Source of the DNA: Octopus sinensis
Lineage: Eukaryota
Assembly: GCF_006345805.1 (NCBI RefSeq)
Contig: NC_042999.1
Coordinates: forward strand, 2,418,001 to 2,482,000
Reading direction: 5' to 3'
Length of the DNA: 64,000 nucleotides
Shown: positions 52,110 to 64,000 of the stretch, piece by piece
How positions within the stretch are numbered: the stretch's first letter is position 1
Layout of the letters: each line of letters starts with the position of its first letter
Translations under genes and position numbers: made by a program
The notes under the pieces: model-generated
What the model was told of the DNA's origin: nothing
Databases searched by the model: none
The model's input: only the letters and a program-made list of their open reading frames with translations

Positions 52110-53568
52110 TCTCTTATTATAAAAGGCAGATTTTATCTGCCTCCCTTTGTCAGTTATAGAAATCTACAATATAGGATTTCTTCAATTACAATTTACCTAG
52201 CATTTTTAAGAGTAGAATGCATCGGGTCATGCCAGGTCCAGTTTTTAAAATTTAAACTCCAATTAAGCAAAATTTACAGAAAACTCACATTCTGGTGTGT
52301 ATGACAAATGCTTTTCTTAATGTGGTTTACACCACACGCACACGCACACACACAGTGTGCAACGAATAAAATGAAAGTAATTCACTGTGTGTGTGTTGAC
52401 AGGTAGACAATAGAATGCGATGGCGATGGCGATGTAATATTTGTTTCTGTCTATCATGCTGATAGATACATGAGTAAAATGTATGGCAAGCTAAGAGATA
52501 AGAGTGAGTGAAAATGTTCTTGGAAGAGAGTAAATAGCGGGAGTGATTTGAGGAAGACTTTACATTAAATAACCGTAGTGGCTTGTATATATATATATAT
52601 ATATACATACATAAGACAGTAAGGTGTGATTTGAGGGAGATTTGGCTGCTATTTCTACCATGTCTAGCTGCCATGTAGAGGTCTCCCTCATAGGCTCATA
52701 CATACATATATACATAGATAAGACAGTAAGGTGTGATTTGGGGGAAATTTGACTGCTATTTCTACCAGGTCTAGCTACCATGTAGAGATCCCCCTCATTG
52801 GCTCATATATATATACATACATAAGACAGTAAGGTGTGATTTGAGGGAGATTTGTCTGCTGTTTCTACCAGGTCTGTTAGGCCTTCTCATGTAAACTCAA
52901 GCTTTCTCATGCCTTGAACATAAGACCAAAGCGGAGAATGTATTCTTTTATTCTTCTGCTTTTTCCAGCCATTGGTCTGTGGCCATGCTGGGACAATGCC
53001 TTGAAGAATTGTAGTTTAATGTATCAACTCCAGTTTTATTTTTGTAAGCATTGTACTTATTCTATCTGTTTCCTTTGTCAAACCACTAGGTGACAGGGAT
53101 GTAAACAAACCACATTCGTTGTCAAGCAGTGGTGGAGGACAATCACAAGCACAGACATGCACACACACACACACATACATGCATACACATATACACACAT
53201 ACATACATACATACATATATATATATGTGTGTATATATATATTGCAGCGTGGAAGGTGTTTGTAAGCCGTTTAAGAAACACACAAAAACCGTTAGATTCA
53301 CTTCAACATTTAAATTTAATTTGCCAAAATATTTTCCTCGCTTTGAGACCGCGACCTGTTCACTGACAAAAATATCGTGCTAACAGGTTGCGGTCTCAAA
53401 GCGATGAAAATATTTTGACAAATTAAATTTAAATGTTGAAGTGAATCTAACGGTTTTTGTGTGTTTCTTAAATGGCTTATAAACACCTTCAACGCTGCAA
53501 CTGTTTTCGTTCCGGCACACGATCTCAGATCAAGTCACTTGCTATGCAAGTACATCTCTGTAACTATA

Positions 53569-53638
<70 letters not shown>

Positions 53639-54096
53639 TGGTAAAAACAGTAAGATAACAAAAGAAAGAAAGAGACCTCAATATTATGTAAATAGAGGAA
53701 ATCTTTATATAAAAAAGTGAGGTTGTGTGTCTGTCTCCTACGATTTAGATTCGTAACTACTCCCACATTTTGCGGTGCAGTTTAACCAAAACCGGGTATC
53801 TTATAGTCGTGATTCATATCGAGACCGTCTGGGTATTAGCGTGCGTCTACGATGAGTCGACGATTTAAAAAAAAATTTACCATCAATTTTTCCCATTTTT
53901 AATCCATTTTTGACATATATAAGGGGAGTAACTCTCTAAAATTTATTATTAAATCTCAGAACGTAAAAAGCTACAGTAACACCCCTCCCCCTTTGTGGTT
54001 AGCCATATTGAGATGGCTATTATACTTTACATCTCTAAAAATGCTTATATAATTATTTCCCTTACAAACCCGAGCAACGCCGGGCGATACTGCTAG
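52110..54096 (+). mobile_element. Non-autonomous Helitron carrying nested repeats
   Basis: A|TCTCTTATTATAAAAGGC..acccgagcaacgccgggcgatactgCTAG|T. Removing it restores the aaattatataa|ttatatat junction seen in the paralogous copy. Confidence 0.85.
53242..53500. repeat. Hairpin with 119-bp arms and a 21-nt loop
   Basis: ttgcagcgt.gaaggtgttt..gcgacctgtt [cactgacaaaaatatcgtgct] aacaggttgc..aaacaccttcaacgctgcaa. Confidence 0.92.
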
Positions 54097-54106
54097 TTAT
54101 ATATAT

Positions 54107-54940
54107 ATGCATATATATACCCTCAGGCCTTTAATCTTCAAGCAGGCTATCCACATGCTAGAAATAACAGCCAAATCTCACAAAACTGCGATAACATAAT
54201 GTAATCAATCTACTCACCTTTCTGCAAAGATTTCTTTCAGAGTGACAAAGTAATTCAGGTGAAATTAAAGTGGTTTTTTTTTTACTCAAACTTTCTTTTT
54301 TAACCTTTTTTTAAAAATTTGATCTGAATTTTTTCCCATCAATCTACGTGGGAAAATATGGAGATTAAGAATATGGAAGAAATAAAAACAAATTCGAATT
54401 TTAATTTGAAATTTTTTTTTTTTTTTTTCAGAATCGGATCCTCCATAACCAAAAAGGTGGGATTCCGTAAAAAAAATCAATACATATCCATTTTACCGGA
54501 CATTATGACGGAAAAATCGGATCTTGTGAATTTTCCGACAGTCTCTCCCCACTCCCCAGTGTCGTCAGCACACACTTTTTTTCACATTCGTTTTCCACAT
54601 ACTTGTTAACACATCCCAGGCTGATTAATTTATTTTTTGTTCCGGCTGAGGATCTTTATATAGACCAAACTTTCTACTGGGGTCCCTCTTCGGCCACATA
54701 AACTCCATTAAATATGTGGGGAACAACTTGGAAGAAAGAGGTACCATCAATTGGTCGATGATTTGTGCTAGCATGCGCTTAGATGTCTTCCATGTGATTT
54801 GTGTGGGCACCTGTGGCTTCATCAACAAAGGATATAGAATGATTCACCGTTAAATGTTGGAAACCTGGATTTTGCAAATTACGGTACGCCGCCCATTCGT
54901 CTGTGAAAATTATGCTATCTGGGTGGACATGTTGCTGGAT
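54107..54940. repeat. Module S-E-C'-T second copy, including a Merlin transposase fragment (minus, about 54670-54940)
   Basis: Direct repeat of 47621-48455. Confidence 0.9.
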
Positions 54941-55990
54941 CGTTTTGAAAGTATTATAAGGAGTCTACTTTTCTTTCAAGACATTTTTTCCCCTAAATTT
55001 TCGACTCGATTGGAATTGAATTTGCAAACCAAATATCTGGATATGTTTTGGTGTTTAACAATTACTATTCTTTTCTCTGTTGCATTCCATGTCAATTTTT
55101 TTGCCACACTAATGTCTAAATTGATTATTTTCCATTTTCAGAAAATGATGTCTAAATTGGGGCAAAATGAGTAATGACTAATTTCAGTATTGCCAGAGTT
55201 TTTTGGGTCAGGAATCTCCGTTTTGACGGTGGTTTTTCCACCTCCCTCATATCTCCTCTTTATCCCCAACCGGACCGATTTTGGTCATTTATTTCTTTTT
55301 CCCCTGTAGTAAGCACTTAAAATCGATTGGAGAAGCCTTTACGGTCAAAGAAAAATTGAAAAATTATATTTTCACAAGAAAAAGTGTGTGATATAAAGGA
55401 ATACCGAAAAAGCTTCTCTCATGGTTTTTAAGTACGTGGGGCTGAGGTGAAAAAGAGAGATTCATAAATTTTCAAAAAACATTTGTTCATAAAATGTCCC
55501 CCACGACCACCACATCATCTGGAAAGCCTGAGTGAAAAATAAAATCAGAAAAATCCCTGTCAAAACGGGGAGAGAAAAAAAAAACACAAAGCGGGTGGCA
55601 TGTTTATTCTTAGTGTCTTCACAAACACACACATATATGTAATTAAAAAAGTTCAAACGAGGAATTATTCCATTGAATGACTTTCTGTTAGAAACGTTTA
55701 GGCCTCTGGCTGGTATTTTTAGCATAACGAGTTTCCTGGTGACAGCTTCATTGCCTGCTGCTTCAGTAGAAATCTACGGATGCACAAACGCACAACAAGG
55801 AGAAAATGAAAAAAATACGGACGACTTGTTCCGAAACACCCCCGAGTGAGGAACGGTCCTCATGAATAACCCCCAAAAGTTTCCCCTCCAAATTCCTATG
55901 TCGGAATGTACATTATATTATCACAGTTTTATAAGATTTGGCTGTCATTTCTAACATGTGGATAGCCTGCTTGAAGGCCTGAGGGTGCAT
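54941..55990 (-). repeat. Inverted module B plus inverted module S
   Basis: Reverse complement of 44690-45655. 55910-55990 is the reverse complement of the accctcaggcc..aagcaggctatccacatg segment at 54118. Confidence 0.85.
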
Positions 55991-56104
55991 ATATATATAT
56001 ATATAATTTGGGAAAACAAATTTCCAAATCAATCAGGTACTACCCTTCATAATCTACATATCGTACTTTGGGGTCTTATTTATTGTACATTTAATACATA
56101 TATA

Positions 56105-56520
56105 TTCTTTTACTCTTTTACTTGTTTCAGTCATTTGACTGCGGCCATGCTGGAGCACCGCCTTTAATCGAGCAACTCGACCCCGGGACTTACTCTTTTG
56201 TAAGCCCAGTACTTATTCTATTGGTCTCTTTTGCCGACCCGCTAAGTAACGGGGACATAAACACATCAGCATTGGTTGTCAAGCAATGCTAGGGGGACAA
56301 ACACAGACACACATACACAGACACGCATATATATATATGTATATATATACATATATGCGACAGGCTTCTTTCAGTTTCCATCTGCCAAATCCACTCACAA
56401 GGCTTTGGTCAGCCTGAGGCTATAGTAGAAGACACATGCCCAAGGTGCCATGCAGTGGGACTGAACACGGAACCATGTGGTTGGTAAGCAAGCTACTTAC
56501 CACACAGCCACTCCTGCGCC
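56105..56520 (-). mobile_element. SINE family A, full length
   Basis: Reverse complement of the family A consensus, abutting the end of module C. Confidence 0.92.
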
Positions 56521-57570
56521 TATATATTCTTTTTCTTGAAAAATTGAAATTTTAGAAACCTGTTGTTTTTCAGAATCGTAATCTTTGTATTTTTCAATGC
56601 ATTTCGCAAAAAATGAAGATAAAAATTCCAGGAAAAGTGAAAAATGAGGAGTAGGGAAGGGGGTCCAATTGATATTTTGAAAATGCAATTTTTTGAAAAT
56701 TCTTTTTTCAGAATCAGATCCTCCATAACCCAAAAGTGTCATCTGCGCGCATTTTTCTTTTTTTATATTCCTTTTCCAAATACTTGTTAACACACCCCAG
56801 GCTGGTTATTATTATTATTATTACTATTATTATTATTTTTATTTGGTTCTCGGGTGAGGATCTTTATATTAACCAAAAATTCGAACAACTGCTTCCTTTA
56901 AGTATGCCTGGATAATAGCCAGTCCATGGATACTTTGGAAGCTATTATCCACCAACATATCCACCCAGATAGCATAATTTTCACCGACGAATGGGTGGCG
57001 TACCAAAATTTGCAAAATCCAGGTTTCCAACATTTGATGGTGAACCATTCTATATAATTTGTTGATGAAGCCACAGGTGTCCACACAAATCACATGGAAG
57101 CCATGTGGGCGCAAGCTAAGCACAAACACCGACCAATTTATGGTACCTCTTTCTTCCAAATTTGTTCTCCACATATTTAATGGAGTTTATGTGTCCGAAG
57201 AGGTACCCCAGGAGAAAATTTGGACAGGAAGAAAATGAAACAGATACGGACGGCTTGTTCCGAAACACCCCTGAGTGGTGAACGGTCCTCATAAATAACC
57301 CCCAGTTGTTTTCCCTCCAAATTCCTATGTTCTCAGAATCTACATAGTCGAAGATATACTTATAGGAAATTTCATTTAAAAATATAAGACGAATTGAAGT
57401 GGACACCGGTAAATTTTCCGAAATTATCCACTCACCCTCTCCTAAAACACTTTCCTCCAAAATTTTGTATATTCGGAATCTACATGATATAACACATATT
57501 CGTAGACAATTTCAGTAAAAAATATCCATTTTTCTGATCATCCAAAATCGGTGGGGAAAGAATTTGTAAT
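56521..57570 (+). pseudogene. Third, inverted and more diverged Merlin derivative (module C, transposase fragment at 56860-57200, module A)
   Basis: The plus frame reads [76 protein letters not shown]. Confidence 0.85.
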
Positions 57571-58029
57571 CTATCTATCTAGCTAGCTGTCTGTCTATCT
57601 ATCTCATCATCAACATTTAATGTCCGTTGTCCATGCTGGCATGGGTTGGATGGTTTGACTGGGTTGGCATGCTGAAAGGCTGTACCAGACTCCAGTCTGA
57701 TTTGGCATGGTTTTCTATGGCTTGATACCCTTCCTAATGCCAACAACTCCAACAGTGTAATGGGTGCTTTTACATGCCACTGGCACAGGTGCCATTTGTG
57801 TGACACTGGTATCTGCCATGACTGCGATTTTGCTCGGCTTGATGGGTCTTCTTCTCAAACACGACATATTGCCAAAGGTCTTGGTCATTCCCTCCATCTA
57901 TTGGGTCCAAACCAGTACCAGAAAAGGATTCCGGATTATTTTCCTGTCTTTTTACTTAATTTTTGAGAGCAGTTGAGTTCATTTTTTTGTATTCTCGTTT
58001 ATGAGAGCAGTTGAGTTTATTTCAGGTAT

Positions 58030-58362
58030 TTTCATTTTAAAAATAATCCCTGGCTAATCGTTGAGAGGATGTTGGTATTGCCTTGGTGGAGGTTTGTGCT
58101 CTCAGAGTGTTCTTGTTTATATTTGAAAAGTTTCCTCCTACTTTTTTGAATTGCAAAGTCTTTGATCAGATCCTCAAAATTAATCTTAGGTAACACATCT
58201 GCATCTATACTCAGTAGGGATAAAGGCATCTCAAATATTATTTTAGCAAGTTTAAAGAGATTTCTTTTGTGCTGTAGACCATTTACCATTTCTGTGGGGC
58301 CCCCTCCTTCCTTTGATGCCCTAAGCACGTGATTATTTTGTTTAATGGTTAATCCAGCACTG
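58030..58362 (-). mobile_element. hAT-type element relic with transposase C-terminus
   Basis: LSLLSIDADVLPKINFEDLIKDFAIQKSRR resembles the end of the hAT C-terminal dimerisation domain. The minus-strand start CAGTGCTGGATTAACC is hAT TIR-like. Confidence 0.65.
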
Positions 58363-58489
58363 CTTTCATCCCTTCTTCGATAAATGTGGTGAAGTATATG
58401 CTTGGCAGTCTCCTTTGCAGAAATGTTAAGTTACAGGGATGTAAACATACCAACACCAGTTATCAAACAGTGGAGAGCAGCAAACACAG

Positions 58490-58690
58490 TGGAGGTGCAA
58501 TGGCCCAGTGGTTAGGGCAGCGGACTCGCGGTCGGAGGATCGCGGTTTCAATTCCCAGACCGGGCGTTGTGTGTGTTTATTGAGCGAAAACACCTAAAGC
58601 TCCACGAGGCTCTGGCAGGGGGTGGTGGTGACCCCTGTTGTACTCTTTCACGCCAACTTTCTCTCACTCTTTCTTCCTGTTTCTTGTCCC
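58490..58690 (+). mobile_element. tRNA-derived SINE, family D
   Basis: A box TGGCCCAGTGG and B-box-like GGTTTCAATTCC; not a full cloverleaf. Confidence 0.7.
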
Positions 58691-59159
58691 CGACTTCCTA
58701 TGCAACCGCTGAGCCTGGATGCGCATTCATCCATTTGTCGATGCTCTTGGTGTCGAGGAGTTGACCTGCTTTCTCTTCTGCAGGTCTTACGACTAGCAAA
58801 GGACCACATTTCAGACTTCTTCCACGAAGACTGCTTCGCTCAACAAACAAGCAACAAACGCAAGCATAAAAGTACATATGCACATATGACAGGCTTCTTC
58901 CATTGCAACGTTATTATCAGTCCGGATATGCTTGATGCACATTCGAACTGGAGCACAAGCTGCTCGTTGCATTATGTCACAAAGAATATAACTCGCTTGT
59001 TGACAAATGGTGTGTATACACCTTGCTCAGTTTGCAGCGCCATCTACTTAGACTGTGAGATGCTAGCATTTCAGAGCAGGCATCTCCTCATTGGTCACAG
59101 ATACTAAGCAGACATTATGAGCTGAATTAAGAGATTACCTCTCTTAAGCTTTTCCTATT

Positions 59160-59395
59160 TCTATTTCTTTACTGTCCACAAAGGGCTAAACACAGAAGGG
59201 ACAAACAAGGACAGACAAACGGATTAAGTCGATTATATCAACCCCAGTGCGTAACTGGTACTTAATTTATCGACCTCGAAAGGATGAAAGGCAAAGTCGA
59301 CCTCAGCTGAATTTGAACTCAGAATGTAACAGCAGACGAAATAAGGCTACGCATTTTGCCCGGCGTGCTAACATTTCTGCCAGCTCGCCACCTTA
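59160..59395 (-). mobile_element. SINE family B
   Basis: Reverse complement of family B. Confidence 0.88.
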
Positions 59396-59779
59396 TGCTT
59401 TTTCAGTCACCATACAATGACTGGCAGTGCTATACAGTGGTTCACTATAAGTAATTATTACGGGGGAGCACTGAGCAGTGACAAGGCTTCTTTCAGTTTC
59501 TGTCCACCAAATCCAGTCACAAGGCTTTGGTCAGCCTGAGGCTGTAGTAGAGAATGCTTGCCCAAGGTGCCATGCAGTGGGACTGAACCCGGAACCATGT
59601 GGTTGGGGAGCAAATTTCTTACCACCACACAGCAATGCCTGATGACTTTGAAACAGGACGTTTCTATTATAAACCCAGGGGTGAACCCAAGTTGTTTAGC
59701 TTGCTTTGGTTTGGTTTGGTTTGGTATGGTAGCAAAAGGGTTAAATTAAAAACTGCTGAAAGTGTAATGTTGTGTCTTG

Positions 59780-60015
59780 ACCTATTTCTTTACTACCCAC
59801 AAGGGGCTAAACACAGAGGGGACAAACAAGGACAGACAAACGGATTAAGTCAATTATATTGACCCCAGTGCGTAACTGGTACTTATTTAATCGACCCCGA
59901 AAGGATGAAAGGCAAAGTCGACCTTGGCGGAATTTGAACTCAGAACGTACCGGCAGACGAAACACGGCTACGCATTTCGCCCGGTGTGCTAACGTTCCTT
60001 CCAGCTCGCTGCCTT
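59780..60015 (-). mobile_element. SINE family B
   Basis: Reverse complement of family B. Confidence 0.88.
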
Positions 60016-60149
60016 GACCACTAGTGTCTTGACCACTAGCAGCTGTTCTTTAATATATCCTTGATCATTAAGTTGTGCAATGAAAAAGGAAAAAAAAAAA
60101 AGGGAAGGAAGTAAAGGAAGGAAGAAGGAAGGAAGGAAATTCATCTGTG

Positions 60150-61020
60150 ACAAACTCCAATCTCTGAATAATGAATAAGCAATATGTTGCTAATTCACTC
60201 CTTTATATACGTTCCGCTGTTCCTATATCTATGTGATTTCCCCAAACTAATAATTCCTTGAAATGAAAATATTGCTTCACAAGAAATTCTCTATTCACTA
60301 ATGGCAGCAGAGATTAGATGACCGAAAGTATAGAACTCCTGTTTATATCAATATTCTCCTCCCTATTCTGAGGTAAAAACTGCATCTTCTAATATTGATG
60401 TATTGATGGAAGGAATAGTTTCAATAAGCTCCAATCTGTATAAGGGAATTTTTGGTATCTTTTGAGGTTAAATCAAACGACAGGAAGATCAACTAATTAA
60501 GTAAAGAAAATCTGACCTTTAAAAAGTTAATAATTGAAAGATGTGGTCGATGCCATTCAGGGGAATTTCTTGCCTAGAGCATCCCGAGAATAAAGAAACG
60601 AATCAACGTAGTTGATGTTAATGGTATATTTGACCTGAGGTTAACTGTAACTTTGCTGGTTTCTTCCTTCCAGCTAGCGTTACCATTCTGAGAATTTATC
60701 ATATTGCAAATTTACTATTCGGAAAGACAATTTAAGGAAAGTTGTTGTTCAGCTTCTTTATAAGTAATATCCAGCAGAAATGATCAGAGATCAACTATGG
60801 ACAGGTATTATGTGGCTTCCTTAGTCTCGTTGACATTTCTCTCATTTCTACAGTTTATTCGAAAATCGGTTCCTTCTGTTGAAGATCAATCAATCAGCAA
60901 ATTAATCGGCTGATGTCCAGTGTGTTTCATGGGATTTCCGAGGGAAGTTGGGCCTTGCTGAGAGAGGAAAAAGAAGTCAATGTATCAAGTGGGTTGGTGA
61001 TTGTAAGATATGTCAAAGCT
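60150..61020 (-). pseudogene. Possible heavily decayed Penelope-like RT relic
   Basis: Only a short motif is visible (YKEAEQQLS, cf. Y..EA..QLS in PLE RTs); no continuous frame. Confidence 0.25.
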
Positions 61021-61189
61021 GGTGATCAGATGAATTAGGAGAGAGAGGGTAGGATATGAAGCGGGGGGGAGGGTTTGTTTTCCTCTTTGCTTCTTATATT
61101 TGCTACATTTATTTCACTTTACAGAGATGTAGTATGTGTCATTGAAATGGGTTAAAATGTGTTAGTTTCGTAATGGGGGTGGGCGTCAT

Positions 61190-61785
61190 CATTATCATCA
61201 TCATCATCACAACTATCATAATCATCAACCTCACCATCATCATTTTCAGCACCACTACCATCATCATTATCATCATCATCATTTTCAGCACCACTAACAT
61301 CATCATCATCATCATTTTCAGCACCACTAACATAATCATCATTTTCAGCACCGCTACCATAATCATCATTTTCAGCACCACTACCATAATCATCCTCATC
61401 ATCATCATCATTTTCAGCACCACTACCATAATCATCCTCATCATCATCATCATTTTCAGCACCACTACCATAATCATCCTCATCATCATCATCATTTTCA
61501 GCACCACTACCATAATCATCCTCATCATCATCATCATTTTCAGCACCACTACCATAATCATCCTCATCATCATCATCATTTTCAGCACCACTACCATAAT
61601 CATCCTCATCATCATCATCATTTTCAGCACCACTACCATAATCATCCTCATCATCATCATCATTTTCAGCACCACTACCATAATCATCCTCATCATCATC
61701 ATCATTTTCAGCACCACTACCATAATCATCCTCATCATCATCATCATTTTCAGCACCACTGCCATAATCATCATCATCATCATCA
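61190..61785. repeat. 42-bp minisatellite (9 perfect units plus degenerate units)
   Basis: Unit ATAATCATCCTCATCATCATCATCATTTTCAGCACCACTACC; the minus frame reads DDDDEDDYGSGAEN. Confidence 0.95.
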
Positions 61786-62199
61786 TATGTTGTACAGCCT
61801 GGTGCCTTTCCTGTCACCGACCTTTATTTGTTTCAAAGCAAGATATTCTTCCCCGCAAGATCAGATATTTTTCATGGAAGATTGGAAATGAGCGATGCCA
61901 TTTGTAAGACAAGTGCAGCTTGTTTACAACTGTCATATGATGCCAAGACTAGATAAGATAAATACACACACACACACACACACATAAATACACATACATA
62001 CACCACTACCACACACACACACAACTGATTTTGTTTCTTTACCTTCTGTCAACCACACCCATTTACAAGGCTTTGGTCAGCTCAGGGTAAGAATAAAGAA
62101 AACTCTTGCCCAAGGTGCCATGCGGTGGAATTGAACTTAAAACGATGTGGCTGGAAAGCAAACATCTGAACCACACAGACACATCCGTGCCTCAGACAC

Positions 62200-62415
62200 A
62201 AAAGATGAAAAAGAGGTAATTTCTACTCTTCTCCTCTGGAAGCCATCTGCTCGCAATACCAGAGGGCGCACACTCTCCTACCCTGATGTAATCTCCAGGG
62301 ATACAGGCATCCAGCAACAGGACCTCCGTAATGCCATGATGGACCGTGAAGTCTGGCGTAGCATGGTAAATTCCATTGTCTCGACCACGGTCGAACAATG
62401 ATGATGATAAAGACA
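62200..62415 (+). mobile_element. RTE-like LINE 3' end with (ATG)n tail
   Basis: LLWKP..RGRTLSYPDVISRDTG..DLRNAMMDREVWRSMV..* then atgatgat; typical RTE-group C-terminus. Confidence 0.75.
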
Positions 62416-62714
62416 CAAAAAAGAAAAAGAAAAAGAATGCAAATACAATGGATTCATAGTTAATTGTTTCTCAACACAGAACCCAAGAGCAAGATTTTTG
62501 AATGGATAATTTTCTTTTGCAAATTAAATTACTTTTCCAAGATATGAAATCATTATTAATTCCAATTAATTATATTGTTAATGAAAACAAGAAATATTAA
62601 AGCCGGGTTTATCTCGTTAAATAACCCAAGGATCTACTTGAATTAATTCCAAGTAAATTTACATACCACTTCATGCAGCATCTCAGCTTGGTTTAATCAG
62701 AAAATAAGGAGATA

Positions 62715-63095
62715 CTCTTTACTCTTTTACTTGTTTCAGTCATTTTGACCGCGGCCATGCTGGAGCACCGCCTTTAATCGAACAACTCAACCCCGGGACT
62801 TATTCTTTTGTAAGCCCAATACTTATTCTATCGGTCTCTTTTGCCGAACAGCTAAGTAACGGGGACATAAACACACCAACATCGGTTGTCAAGCAATGCT
62901 AGGGGGACAAACACAGACACACAAACACATATACATATATACGATGGGCTTCTTTCAGTTTCCGTCTACCAAATGCACTCACAAGGCTTTGGTCGGCCTG
63001 AGGCTATAGTAGACAGTTGCCCAAGGTGCCACACAGTGGGACTGAACCCAGAGCCATGTGGTTGGTAAACAAGCTACTTACCACACAGCCACTCC
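62715..63095 (-). mobile_element. SINE family A
   Basis: Reverse complement of family A. Confidence 0.9.
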
Positions 63096-63329
63096 TTCGG
63101 ATAATTTTTATTTTTGCTTGTAAACAATTGAAGCAGGGTTCAGTCCCACTCTGTGGCACCTTGAGTAAGTGTCTTCTACTATAGCCTTCAGCTGACCAAA
63201 GCCTTGTGTGTCCTTCCAGTCCTTCAGGTCAGCTAACTTCTTGGCAACTATAATGTTAATCTCTATGCTCTCCAACACCTTGAATGTCCACAAATACATC
63301 AAGCTGTTTCTCAAATAAAGGAGACACAA

Positions 63330-63680
63330 AACTTTACTCTTTTACTTGTTTCAGTAAGTTGACCTTTAGTCGAGCAAATCGACCCCAGGACTTATTCTTT
63401 GTAAGCCTTGTACTTATACTATCAGTCTCTTTTGCCGAACCAGTAAGCTACGGGGACGTAGACACACCACCATCGGTTGTTAAGTGATGTTGGGTGGGGG
63501 ACAAACACACATATATATATGACGGACTTCTTTCAATTTCCATCTACCAAATCCACTCACAAGGCTTTGGTCAGCCCAAGGCTATAGTAGAAGACACTTG
63601 CCCAAGGTGCCACGCAGTGAGACTGAATCCAGAACCATGTGGTTGGTCAGCAAGCTACTTACCACACAGCCACTCCTGCG
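63330..63680 (-). mobile_element. SINE family A
   Basis: Reverse complement of family A. Confidence 0.85.
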
Positions 63681-64000
63681 ACTATTGTCAAATTTAGCCC
63701 AAACAGTTTGATCTAACTGCTAAGTTACAGTGGTAACACACAAACACAAGTTGTTAAGCAGTAGTGGGAAACAAACACACACACACACACATGCACATAC
63801 CTGTATATGTGTGTGTGTATATATATATATATCCTCATCATCATCATTGTTTAATGCCCACTTTCCATGCTGGCATAAGTTGGACGGTTTTGACTGAGGG
63901 CTGGCAACCAGATGGCTGCACCAGGCTCCAGTCTGATCTGGCAAGGTTTCTACAGCCGGATGCCCTTCCTAATACCAGCTGTATACCGCTATCACTGCCG

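Overview
AT-rich eukaryotic intergenic or intronic DNA, saturated with microsatellites ((TA)n, (TATG)n, (AAT)n, (ATC)n, (GATA)n, GA/CT tracts) and interspersed repeats. The three abundant SINE-like families resemble those I recall from coleoid cephalopods, most likely an Octopus species; this taxon call is an inference. No intact host protein-coding gene is recognisable, and almost all ORFs in the track are microsatellite- or SINE-derived. Recognisable coding relics are all transposon-derived: restriction-like-endonuclease (RLE; R4/Dong-like) LINEs, RTE and CR1 3' ends, a Ty3/gypsy RT-RNaseH relic, Merlin (IS1595/ISXO2-type) transposase fragments and a hAT C-terminus. Non-autonomous Helitrons and TIR MITEs are also present. 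The most notable observations are: (i) hammerhead-ribozyme motifs in short non-coding repeats, including one with all three stems and a GUC site (7395-7506, minus) and one linked to a tRNA-like head (39380-40065); (ii) a ~13 kb tandem-plus-inverted cluster of Merlin-derived modules (44427-57570) whose internal (AAT)n and (TA)n sites received different insertions in each copy; (iii) a young RLE LINE family inserted in (TAA)n with an identical 3' junction in two copies; (iv) a near-perfect 323-bp spacerless palindrome; (v) a duplicated 29-nt microexon-like cassette and a consensus RFX X-box, which are the only hints of a host gene. Coordinates of degenerate repeats are approximate (about +/-10-20 bp).
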